DNA from: an uncultured Pseudomonadales bacterium
GTDB taxonomy: Bacteria; Patescibacteriota; Microgenomatia; UBA1400; PJMF01
Assembly: GCA_964404025.1 (NCBI GenBank)
Contig: CAYOIJ010000003.1
Coordinates: forward strand, 10,727-74,726
DNA length: 64,000 bases
Reading direction: 5' to 3'
Within the stretch, counting starts at the first letter, position 1. Every line of letters starts with the position of its first letter. Positions 40,559-48,576 of this stretch are shown one piece after another. The notes beneath the pieces were generated by a model that ran no database searches, was not told where the DNA came from, and saw only the letters and a list, made by a program, of their open reading frames with translations. The translations under genes and the position numbers were made by a program.

Positions 40559-42463
40559 TTATCTGAAACGAATATAGATCCGTCTAATTCCTTGAGCTAT
40601 AGCCTGTTCTTTAAAAATTTCCAATTCTCCAAGACGAGCTATTTGCGAGGTGTGCTCGACGTGAGGTCCGCCACAAAGCTCCTTTGATATCCAATTTTGC
40701 TTATCACCAATAGTATAAACTTTTACTTTTTGTGGATAACGTTCAGCAAAAAAAGCAATTGCACCAGACGCTAGAGCCTCTTCTTTAGACATTGTTTCGC
40801 TAGACACCTGCAGATCATCTTCAAGCCACTGATTTAATAATTTTTCTATTGATTTGAGTTGCTCATCACTAAGTGATTGATGATAACTAAAGTCGAAACG
40901 AAGGCGATCACTACTAATGTTCGAGCCTTTTTGCTGTACTTCATTACCCAAAATTTTTCTTAGAGCAGCTTGCAGCAGGTGAGTAGCTGTATGAAAAGCA
41001 GTGGTTTTGGCATCTTGATCAGCCAAACCTCCTTTGAATTTTTTCTGAGTAGTCTGCCGAGATAATTGCGCATGTTGGCTGCGTTTTTCAACAATTTTAT
41101 TTTCAATTTGATCTTCAAGTGCAATATTCCTTGAATTAGCCTCTTCAATGGATAATTCAAAAGGAAAGCCATAGCTCTCATACAGTCTAAAGGCTAGTTC
41201 AGCTGTTAATTGATCTTTATTTGCTATTAAACGATTAAACTCTTTTAAACCTCTGATCAAAGTTCTATTGAATTTTTGCTCTTCAGTTCTTAAAACATTG
41301 CTAATCAAATCTTTTTTCTTTAATAAGTCAGGATAAAAATCTTGATAAAGTGCCAATATGTCTGGCACGATTTCCGTCACAAAATTTTCTTTTAAATCTA
41401 GATGTCGAGCCTGCCTCAAAGATCGTCTAACTAAACGACGTAACAAATAGCCTTGTTCTTTATTGCTAGGCAAAACTCCATCACCAATTAACATCACGCT
41501 GGCACGAATATGATCAGCAATAATACGAAAAGCCGGCTTATACTGTGAATTTTGATATTCTTTAGCACTCAATTTAACTAGTTTATTAATAATGTTTGAA
41601 AAAGCACTGGTTTGAAAAATATCTACCTGGTTTTCTACTGCTGCTAATAATCGCTCTAAGCCTCCACCAAAATCAATATTTTTTTGCTCTAATTCTTTAA
41701 AACCGTCTTGATCACGCTGATATTGCATAAATACACTGTTACCGATTTCTAGGAAACGACCACAGTCACAATTAATGTGGCAAGGCTGACTGGCAAACTT
41801 AGAATGTTGGTGGATGTCAACATTAGACTCAGAATCAGTGAAATCATAGAAAACCTCACTGTCTGGCCCACCCAATTCACCAATAGGCATTTTGGATGGT
41901 GCACCAGACCTTGACCACCAATTTTTCTCTTCATCATAGAAAAATATTCGACCTCCTTGTAGTCCCAATTGAGGCCTATCAATAATTTTAGCTTCAACAC
42001 CTCTCTCTTGGAATAATTTTTGCCAAATGTTTGCTGATTCATTGTCTTTGGGAATATTAAGTTCTTTCTTGCCTGCAAAAACTGATACATAAAGACGCTC
42101 TGGCTTTAGCTTGAGAACATCAACTAAAAATTCAAAACAAAAATTAATTTGCTCTTTTTTAAAGTAGTCACCAAACGACCAATTGCCCAACATTTCAAAA
42201 AAAGTTGTATGACGATTGTCACCCACTTCTTCAATATCTTCACTGCGAAAACATTTTTGTGAATTAACTATTTTTTTACCAAGAGGATGATTTTGGCCAA
42301 AAAAATAAGGAATCATTGCTTGCATACCAGCACTGGTAAATAAGGTCGTCGGATCATTTTCTGGCACTAAACTTGCTGAAGGTACAATAACGTGACCCTT
42401 AGCAATAAAAAAATCTAAGTATAAGCGACGTAAACTAGATAAGGTTAAAGAAGAATGAGACAT
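40559..42463 (-). CDS. alaS: alanine--tRNA ligase, short form of 634 aa. It lacks the C-terminal C-Ala domain.
   Basis: The N-terminus is LYLDFFIAKGHVIVPSASLVPENDPTTLFTSAGMQ. The editing-domain motifs HTATHLL and CGGPHV are present, and the protein ends shortly after them. Confidence 0.88.
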   Translation of the reverse strand: MSHSSLTLSSLRRLYLDFFIAKGHVIVPSASLVPENDPTTLFTSAGMQAMIPYFFGQNHPLGKKIVNSQKCFRSEDIEEVGDNRHTTFFEMLGNWSFGDYFKKEQINFCFEFLVDVLKLKPERLYVSVFAGKKELNIPKDNESANIWQKLFQERGVEAKIIDRPQLGLQGGRIFFYDEEKNWWSRSGAPSKMPIGELGGPDSEVFYDFTDSESNVDIHQHSKFASQPCHINCDCGRFLEIGNSVFMQYQRDQDGFKELEQKNIDFGGGLERLLAAVENQVDIFQTSAFSNIINKLVKLSAKEYQNSQYKPAFRIIADHIRASVMLIGDGVLPSNKEQGYLLRRLVRRSLRQARHLDLKENFVTEIVPDILALYQDFYPDLLKKKDLISNVLRTEEQKFNRTLIRGLKEFNRLIANKDQLTAELAFRLYESYGFPFELSIEEANSRNIALEDQIENKIVEKRSQHAQLSRQTTQKKFKGGLADQDAKTTAFHTATHLLQAALRKILGNEVQQKGSNISSDRLRFDFSYHQSLSDEQLKSIEKLLNQWLEDDLQVSSETMSKEEALASGAIAFFAERYPQKVKVYTIGDKQNWISKELCGGPHVEHTSQIARLGELEIFKEQAIAQGIRRIYIRFR

Positions 42464-42485
42464 TAAATTATTATAACAGCCAAAA

Positions 42486-42842
42486 CTAAATACCTTTAAA
42501 TTGATTCTTTTTTTCTTGTCTTCGTAAACGCTTGCGTGTTTTTTCTTTATTCTTTGATCTCTCTAGCTTTGATAAAACTAAAGATAAATTATTCTTAAAT
42601 TCAAATAGAGAGTTCTTAAGTTGTGAGTAATATCTATCTTTTACTTCTTCTAAAGATAGGTTTGGATTATCAATCAAATTTTTTTTATATAAATCAAGAC
42701 GAGCAGCTTCCCAATCTTTCGCTAACTTTTTCCAGGTTTTCTGGCCTTGTTCACTAGAAAAATAAGTAATGACACTACCTAAAGAAAACCCTATAGCTAA
42801 ACCCGATAAAAAGCCATTAGCTTGCTGCTTATCTTCTGTCAT
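42486..42842 (-). CDS. YtxH-like small membrane or stress protein
   Basis: The N-terminal GFLSGLAIGFSLGSVITYF motif is typical of YtxH (DUF948-partner) proteins. It has a basic coiled-coil C-terminus. Confidence 0.45.
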   Translation of the reverse strand: MTEDKQQANGFLSGLAIGFSLGSVITYFSSEQGQKTWKKLAKDWEAARLDLYKKNLIDNPNLSLEEVKDRYYSQLKNSLFEFKNNLSLVLSKLERSKNKEKTRKRLRRQEKKNQFKGI

Positions 42843-42845
42843 TTT

Positions 42846-43181
42846 TTATTTTTTCTTTTTGCTTAATGGGCTTTGATCCTGTTTTTTTGAATCGTCCTCA
42901 CGATGACGATTTAACCAAGCCATAAAACCTTCGGTTACTTTTAAACCAGCAGTAAAATTAGTAATAAAAGCACTTAAACTATGAAAAGGATTAAGGATGC
43001 CTTCAATTTTGTTTTGAGTTGTATCAACTACTTGATTGGCTTTATCAATAACTTGATTAAATTTTTGTAAAGAATGCTTGATCTGACTCAAAACCATAAT
43101 TAGCTTGATAGCTAATATAACTAGTACCACAGTTAAACTAGCAACAGAAATAGTTAGAACTAAGGGTAAAATCTCTGACAT
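42846..43181 (-). CDS. DUF948 (YtxG)-like membrane protein
   Basis: It has an N-terminal TM helix and then a coiled coil (QKFNQVIDKANQVVDTTQNKIEGIL). It is adjacent to the YtxH-like gene, as in Firmicute ytxGH. Confidence 0.45.
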   Translation of the reverse strand: MSEILPLVLTISVASLTVVLVILAIKLIMVLSQIKHSLQKFNQVIDKANQVVDTTQNKIEGILNPFHSLSAFITNFTAGLKVTEGFMAWLNRHREDDSKKQDQSPLSKKKK

Positions 43182-43250
43182 AATTGGCTTTCTTGTTAAT
43201 TAAGATCATTCTACGACAAGGAGGGCCAATTTGCCAGTTGTGCTAAAAAT

Positions 43251-43934
43251 TTAATAATCAATCTGAATGGTTCGCTGAACGACACTTGTTTTACCTCGCT
43301 CATCAGTCGCTTTAATTGTAATAGTGGTCGGTCCTTCAATATCATAATAAAGCTCGGTGTTAAAAAAACCACCCGCCTGCAATGCTACAGGCTGTGCATT
43401 TACTAAAACACTGGCATTCATTATTGTTTGGCCTTCAACTACTACTCTGGCTGCGCTAATATCACCATCTTTTGGTTGGAACACTTCTAGACGCGGTGGC
43501 CTGCTTAAAGAATACCATTGCCAGGCCGCATAAGTTAAAAAAATTAAAAAAACACTGCTAATAAACAGGATGGTTAAACGCACCGGAGAAAATAAATTTG
43601 TTTTCTTAAAAGAATCGCGTAGAAATTCTCTGGGCAATAGGCGCCCCTTAGCACTTTCTTGGTAATCTCTGCGCAAGATCGCTAATAAAGGTCTTGGATT
43701 AACTCCAAGTAATTTAGCATAATTGCTAATGTAGGCTTTGGCATAACTAGCATTTGGTAAAATAGCAAAATCATTTTTTTCAATTGCCTGAAGATAACTC
43801 AGCTTGATAAAAGTGCTGTCCGCAATATCTTTCAACTCTAAACCAGCTGCTTTTCGATGTTTAATCAACAAATCACCTACAGTTTGCGTTTTAATCGTTT
43901 GACTCATTAGGCCAATTCTAGAAAGAATTCTCAA
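43251..43934 (-). CDS. RodZ-like cytoskeleton-associated protein (N-terminal HTH, TM, C-terminal beta domain)
   Basis: It has an XRE-like HTH (TVGDLLIKHRKAAGLELKDIADSTFIKLSYLQAIEKN), a single TM helix, and a C-terminal DUF4115-like region. Confidence 0.6.
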   Translation of the reverse strand: MRILSRIGLMSQTIKTQTVGDLLIKHRKAAGLELKDIADSTFIKLSYLQAIEKNDFAILPNASYAKAYISNYAKLLGVNPRPLLAILRRDYQESAKGRLLPREFLRDSFKKTNLFSPVRLTILFISSVFLIFLTYAAWQWYSLSRPPRLEVFQPKDGDISAARVVVEGQTIMNASVLVNAQPVALQAGGFFNTELYYDIEGPTTITIKATDERGKTSVVQRTIQIDY

Positions 43935-43952
43935 TCAAAGCAAGTTCTAAAC

Positions 43953-44387
43953 TCAATTTTTTAAAGTTTTTTTGAGTACAGCCGCAATTCGAGATCCATC
44001 AGCTTGAGCAGCTAATTTTTTAGTTATTTGACCCATTAAAGGACCAAAATCCTTTACGCTGCTTTCAGCAATGAACTCTTCAATAAATTTTTCCAAATCT
44101 TCATCACTCATTTGTTTGGGTAAATAACTTTCCAAAGCCTTAATTTTACTCTCAGTCTCACTAATTAAATCTTGACGATCAGCCTTTTTAAAATCTTCAA
44201 GCGCATCTAGTTGCTGATTGAGCATTTTTTTAATTATTTTCTGTACTGTTAAATCATCAGCCACTCCATGATCAATTTCAAAATTTTTAATTTCACTACG
44301 AATTAAGCGAATAATCCCTAGACGATCGGCATCTTTAGCCCTCATAGCTGTTTTCATCTCTTCCATCAATTGTTCTTGCAGTGTCAT
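43953..44387 (-). CDS. GatB/YqeY domain protein
   Basis: It is a 144-aa all-helical protein. The motifs RLIRSEIKN and LESYLPKQMSDEDL match the YqeY family. Confidence 0.7.
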   Translation of the reverse strand: MTLQEQLMEEMKTAMRAKDADRLGIIRLIRSEIKNFEIDHGVADDLTVQKIIKKMLNQQLDALEDFKKADRQDLISETESKIKALESYLPKQMSDEDLEKFIEEFIAESSVKDFGPLMGQITKKLAAQADGSRIAAVLKKTLKN

Positions 44388-44404
44388 AAATTCCTTTTTT
44401 TAAT

Positions 44405-44481
44405 TGGTGGACAATACTGGACTCGAACCAGTGACCTCACGAATGTGAATCGTGCGCTCTAACCAGCTGAGCTAATTGTCC
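44405..44481 (-). tRNA. tRNA-Val (anticodon CAC)
   Basis: Manual fold of the reverse complement: acceptor GGACAAT/ATTGTCC, D-arm GCTC-AGCTGGTTA-GAGC, anticodon stem CACGA/TCGTG with loop TTCACAT, T-arm ACTGG-TTCGAGT-CCAGT, and an encoded CCA. Confidence 0.8.
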
Positions 44482-45249
44482 TTTACTGGCAGCCTGTATT
44501 ATAAAACAAAGCCTGACTTTTTAAAAAAGCAAAGTCAATTTTCTGTCAATTCGAAATTTTACAATGCTTTAGTGAAAAATTTTTCATTTTTTCATTGTTG
44601 GCAAGCTTATCTCTTACCAGATTTTTGCCAACATTGCCAAAAACTGGGCCCCATGCTTTGTGAAAGTTGTTATCAATTGATAGAGTTTTTTTGGCAAGAA
44701 GATTTTGGGCCGTTTTTTAGTAAAAATTTTGAAAAAGTTTATTTTAATCAAATAAGAGTAATGGCTCGTTTTAAAACTCCAATCAGCTCACTAATTAAAT
44801 CATTAAAATATCAACACCACAGTCGGGCCAGTAAATTCTTAGCTCAAATGTTATTTTTTCATCTTAATATCAATTATGAGAAGTTTGATTTAATCACTTT
44901 TATCCCTATTCACAGCCAAAAAATTAAAAAACGAGGATATAATCAAAGCCAGCTTATTGCTGAAGAATTAGCTCTGTGGACTAAAAAGCCCTGTCTTGGT
45001 CTGTTAAAAAAAACCATCAACAACAAGGCTCAGGCACAAATTAGCGATAAACAAGAGCGCTTGCAACGACTCAAGAAAACTTTTAAAATTTCTCATTCTT
45101 ATTCTCACCAACAATCCTTAAAAGATAAAAGAATTTTATTAATCGATGATGTTATTACTACTGGTGCCACCATAAATAGTGCGAGTAGCGTATTAAAAAA
45201 ACACGGAGCAAACTTTGTTTCAGTCTTAACTTTGGCAGCTAATCTATAA
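44476..45249 (+). CDS. comF: ComF-family protein (ComFC-like, phosphoribosyltransferase domain). The annotated start overlaps tRNA-Val by 6 nt, so the true start is probably further downstream.
   Basis: It has an N-terminal Cys-rich region (CQHCQKLGPMLCESC), a PRPP-binding motif RILLIDDVITTGATI, and ends in VSVLTLAA. Confidence 0.6.
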   Translation: MSFTGSLYYKTKPDFLKKQSQFSVNSKFYNALVKNFSFFHCWQAYLLPDFCQHCQKLGPMLCESCYQLIEFFWQEDFGPFFSKNFEKVYFNQIRVMARFKTPISSLIKSLKYQHHSRASKFLAQMLFFHLNINYEKFDLITFIPIHSQKIKKRGYNQSQLIAEELALWTKKPCLGLLKKTINNKAQAQISDKQERLQRLKKTFKISHSYSHQQSLKDKRILLIDDVITTGATINSASSVLKKHGANFVSVLTLAANL

Positions 45250-45270
45250 ATTAAAACAGATTGCTGAATA

Positions 45271-45299
45271 TTGATTTTCTCGAGTATAAATGCTATAAT
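45271..45299 (+). promoter_or_regulatory. sigma-70-type promoter for ssrA: TTGATT-N17-TATAAT
   Basis: The -35 TTGATT (45271-45276), a 17-nt spacer, and the consensus -10 TATAAT (45294-45299) sit ~16 nt before the mature tmRNA 5' end. Confidence 0.45.
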
Positions 45300-45315
45300 A
45301 ACTTGTTCATTAACA

Positions 45316-45717
45316 GGGGATGTATTGTATTGACGTCAGTCAACTTTAATCATAGCAGATCATCTTTGGTGAAAAGATGTTAAAAAACACTAAAAAATAA
45401 CTGTCAAAAACAGTTTTAAAACAGCAGTTAATAAAGTCGCCAGTCTTTTTGACTTCGGCTTCGTAGCTGCTCCTGCTTTTGCTTAATTGTAAAAGTAGGC
45501 ATCTAGTGTTGAACTCTTATCGACGGTTCACATTAGGTGAAAACCTAGTCGATTAACAGAAATAAAGAATCAGGTCGCTTTGTTTCTAAGAATTAGGCCT
45601 GGATGAAGCAAAAAAAGTTTGTCTATTCACTTCTTGCTTCAAATCAAAAATAAACTAAATCTGTAGACATCGTTAAAGTCAGATTAGCGGACGCGGGAGC
45701 AAAACCCGCCATCTCCA
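45316..45717 (+). ncRNA. ssrA: transfer-messenger RNA (tmRNA, SsrA)
   Basis: The 5' GGGGATG pairs with the 3' CATCTCC to form a 7-bp acceptor stem with G3:U70. The 3' tRNA-like end GGAC-GCGGG-AGCAAAA-CCCGC-CATCTCC-A matches the E. coli GGAC-GGGGG-UUCAAAU-CCCCC-CGCCUCC-A architecture. The 5' D-analog is ATTGTATTGACG. An internal tag reading frame follows AGTC, from the GCC resume codon at 45439 to the TAA at 45484-45486, encoding ASLFDFGFVAAPAFA. The CCA is not encoded; the sequence reads A-CAA. Confidence 0.7.
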
Positions 45718-45745
45718 CAAAAATAAATATTTATCTGAAAATTAG

Positions 45746-46231
45746 TTAGTTTTTGAATTTAAGGCTTAGACCTAAGCCAAGCGCTAATATCCCTAAAGCA
45801 AAAATTATAATTGTATTCTCTAGAGCACCTGATTCTGGCAGAGTTGTTTTCGCAGAGGGGGTACTCATGCTAGCCACTTCTGACACATTCACGACTAAAT
45901 CTAGTGATTCGCCAGCAGAACTAACTACCAAATTATTGTTCCCGTAAGCAACATCGCTAAAATTAACCCCCCAACTACCCAAAGAATCAGCGGCAGTATT
46001 ATTGTTCAAATCCCCAAGCGCTACTCGCACCTCAGCTGAAGGAGAAGCAGTTCCTCTGACGGTAAAGCTTGTTAGGGTAGTATCATAAGTTTTCACTGTA
46101 GATCCCAAACCCACAATTGAATCGTTACCTCCTATGGCATCAATCGTAAGAGCGCTGGCAAACACTGGTTTAATCAAAACAAGAGATAAAAACAAAAAAA
46201 ATAATAGGGCAATTTTTGTGATTTTTTTCAT
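45746..46231 (-). CDS. small secreted surface protein with a C-terminal LPESG sortase sorting signal (paralog A)
   Basis: Signal peptide MKKITKIALLFFLFLSLVLIKPVFA. The C-terminus is TTLPESG-ALENTIIIFALGILALGLGLSL-KFKN: motif, hydrophobic segment, then a basic tail. Confidence 0.7.
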   Translation of the reverse strand: MKKITKIALLFFLFLSLVLIKPVFASALTIDAIGGNDSIVGLGSTVKTYDTTLTSFTVRGTASPSAEVRVALGDLNNNTAADSLGSWGVNFSDVAYGNNNLVVSSAGESLDLVVNVSEVASMSTPSAKTTLPESGALENTIIIFALGILALGLGLSLKFKN

Positions 46232-46298
46232 ACAGTCTTTAGCTTAACATCTTTTTAAATACAAAATCAATTGTTTTGAGTATTTTCAATTTTTATTA

Positions 46299-48548
46299 TT
46301 AGAAACTTTTTGTACCTAAATACTCCTGTATTTTGGCTCTAAAAACCTCTCTGGCTTTACTGCCCTGAGCAGGACCCACAAAACCAGCTTCTTCTAATTG
46401 GTCTAAAATACGAGCTGCTCGAGCATAACCTACAGATAAATGACGTTGAATAGCACTAGAAGAAGCACTGTCACTAGTACTAAATAACTGCGCTGCTTCA
46501 TCAAATCGTTCATCTCGATCAGCTTCTCCTTCTACACTAACGCTAACCGTGCCGCCAACTCTGCTAACCTGATATTTATTAGTAATTTCCTCCTCATAAT
46601 TTGGTTTTTTACCTCTAGACTTAAGAAAATCAATCAATTGATCAATTTCTTTAGCATCAACATAAGTGCCTTGAATACGCATTGGTTTAGCTCGATCGGG
46701 AGATAAATAAAGCATGTCTCCTTTACCCAAAAGCTTTTCTGCTCCAGGGGTGTCTAAAATTACTCGACTATCGGTCACACTAGAAACATTAAAAGCAATT
46801 CTGGTGGGCATATTAGCTTTAATTAGACCAGTGATCACATCAACAGAAGGTCGCTGAGTAGCTAAAACCAGATGAATTCCCACTGCTCTAGCCATTTGAG
46901 CAATCCTGGTAACATTATCCTCCACCTCTTTGGGAGCAAAAAGCATAATGTCTGCCATTTCATCAATAACAATCACAATATTTGGCATAGTAGCCAAACC
47001 AGCTAATTCATTGTAATCTTGAATGCTTCTGACTCCCACATCTTCAAGCATTTTATAACGCTTGGACATTAGCTCCGAAGCCCACTTAAGAGCTGATACC
47101 ACTTTGTCGGGATCAACTATAACTGGCGTTAATAAATGAGGAATGTCCTTGTATTTGGTTAGCTCTACGCGCTTAGGATCAACCAAAATTAGCTTTACTT
47201 CTTCTGGTGTAGCACGGAATAAAATAGAACACAAAAATGAGTTAACACAAACAGACTTGCCTGAACCAGTGGCCCCAGCAATGAGTAAATGAGGCATTTC
47301 AGCAATATCTGCCACAATTGGTTTACCCGCTACATCAACTCCTAAACTAACTGCTAGTTTTGAGGGATGTTTTTTCACCACCGGTGAAGATAACATTGTT
47401 TTTAGGGGCACAATTTCAGCACTATGATTAGGCACCTCCACCCCAACTAGATTACGACCAGGAATTGGCGCTTCAATTCTTACTTGTCCGGTAGGTGCTG
47501 CTAGAGCTAAGGCTAAATCAGTTGATAGAGCCGTAATTTTTGATAAACGAGTTCCCTTACTAATGTCTAAGGCATACTGAGTAACTGCTGGACCGGGGTT
47601 ATATTCTGCAACCTTGGCATTAATACCAAAAGAATCTAGAGTATTTTCAATAACTTGAGCATTTGCCTTAACATCCCCACGATCGGCTTTTGCTCCTCTC
47701 TCCACAGACAATAAAGACAAGGGAGGATAATCCCAAACCATTGGTAGAGATGAAGCATTGAGGGCTTCTTCTCCTTCCAAACCACCTGAAGGATTTTTAG
47801 CAAGCTGACTTTCTGCTTTAGTCAAAACAGCAGTACTGCTAGTTTGATCAAGCTCTATTTCTTCATTAAAATCCGCTCCTTTTTTGAGGGTTTTCTTGCC
47901 AAAAGCTAATTTAGGAATTGAAAAGTGGCGAGATTTTTTTATTTCCCTATCAGTTACATCCTCATCAACTGACTTAAGACCTTTTTTGGCTAATTTTGCT
48001 TTGCGACGGCTAGCAAACACTTTACTTAAACCATTAACTAAATCGCTTAAAGAACTCTGGGAAAGAATCAAAAAACCAATCAGAGCTAAAGAAGAAAAGA
48101 CTATGTAAGCGCCTATCACGCTAATTAATCTTGATAAATTATTGAAAATATTAATTCCAATTTCGCCAGAACGAGATACGCCCATCACCCCAATCATCAT
48201 TAAAATCACTCCAAGTAAAATTGTTGGCTTAGACCAAGCATGCTTACTACGAATCATCACCAAGCCTGAAGCAATAAAAACAAATGGTAAAAATAACATG
48301 GATAAACCAAGTTTATTTGCTAAAAAATTGTTAAGAGCTATTAGCCACTGTCCTTGCCCACTAAAAGAAACCAAGACCAAACCACCAAACATAATTAGCA
48401 AAACTGCTATTATCGAATAGGTGGTATCAGCTCGCATTTTTAAACGAATTGCTTTACGCTTTTTGCGACGAGACTTTCTTTTTGCCATATTTTGATCAAA
48501 ATAGTTAACTATATTTAAAAGCAAAACTCTTGAAACTGCAAGCAGCAA
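46299..48548 (-). CDS. ftsK: DNA translocase FtsK/SpoIIIE. The start is probably the internal Met at MAKRKSRRKK.
   Basis: It has an N-terminal multi-TM domain, an acidic linker, an ATPase domain with Walker A LLIAGATGSGKS, and a C-terminal gamma winged-helix domain (...LFSTSDSASSSAIQRHLSVGYARAARILDQLEEAGFVGP). Confidence 0.9.
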   Translation of the reverse strand: MLLAVSRVLLLNIVNYFDQNMAKRKSRRKKRKAIRLKMRADTTYSIIAVLLIMFGGLVLVSFSGQGQWLIALNNFLANKLGLSMLFLPFVFIASGLVMIRSKHAWSKPTILLGVILMMIGVMGVSRSGEIGINIFNNLSRLISVIGAYIVFSSLALIGFLILSQSSLSDLVNGLSKVFASRRKAKLAKKGLKSVDEDVTDREIKKSRHFSIPKLAFGKKTLKKGADFNEEIELDQTSSTAVLTKAESQLAKNPSGGLEGEEALNASSLPMVWDYPPLSLLSVERGAKADRGDVKANAQVIENTLDSFGINAKVAEYNPGPAVTQYALDISKGTRLSKITALSTDLALALAAPTGQVRIEAPIPGRNLVGVEVPNHSAEIVPLKTMLSSPVVKKHPSKLAVSLGVDVAGKPIVADIAEMPHLLIAGATGSGKSVCVNSFLCSILFRATPEEVKLILVDPKRVELTKYKDIPHLLTPVIVDPDKVVSALKWASELMSKRYKMLEDVGVRSIQDYNELAGLATMPNIVIVIDEMADIMLFAPKEVEDNVTRIAQMARAVGIHLVLATQRPSVDVITGLIKANMPTRIAFNVSSVTDSRVILDTPGAEKLLGKGDMLYLSPDRAKPMRIQGTYVDAKEIDQLIDFLKSRGKKPNYEEEITNKYQVSRVGGTVSVSVEGEADRDERFDEAAQLFSTSDSASSSAIQRHLSVGYARAARILDQLEEAGFVGPAQGSKAREVFRAKIQEYLGTKSF

Positions 48549-48576
48549 GGCTAAAAAAGCAATAATTTAGATACAA

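Noticed and set aside
45250-45745. The possibility that the ORF-free 500 bp is RNase P RNA, a CRISPR leader or a degraded gene.
   Set aside because: It has no direct repeats or spacer periodicity. The RNase P universal motifs (AGGAAAGUCC-type P4) are absent, whereas the ends pair into a tRNA-Ala-like acceptor stem. tmRNA is the better explanation.
46299-48548. FtsK/SpoIIIE ATPase as a marker of a conjugative or mobile element.
   Set aside because: It has the full chromosomal FtsK architecture: N-terminal multi-TM domain, linker, motor and a gamma winged-helix domain. It is flanked by housekeeping genes, and there are no integrase, relaxase or repeat boundaries.
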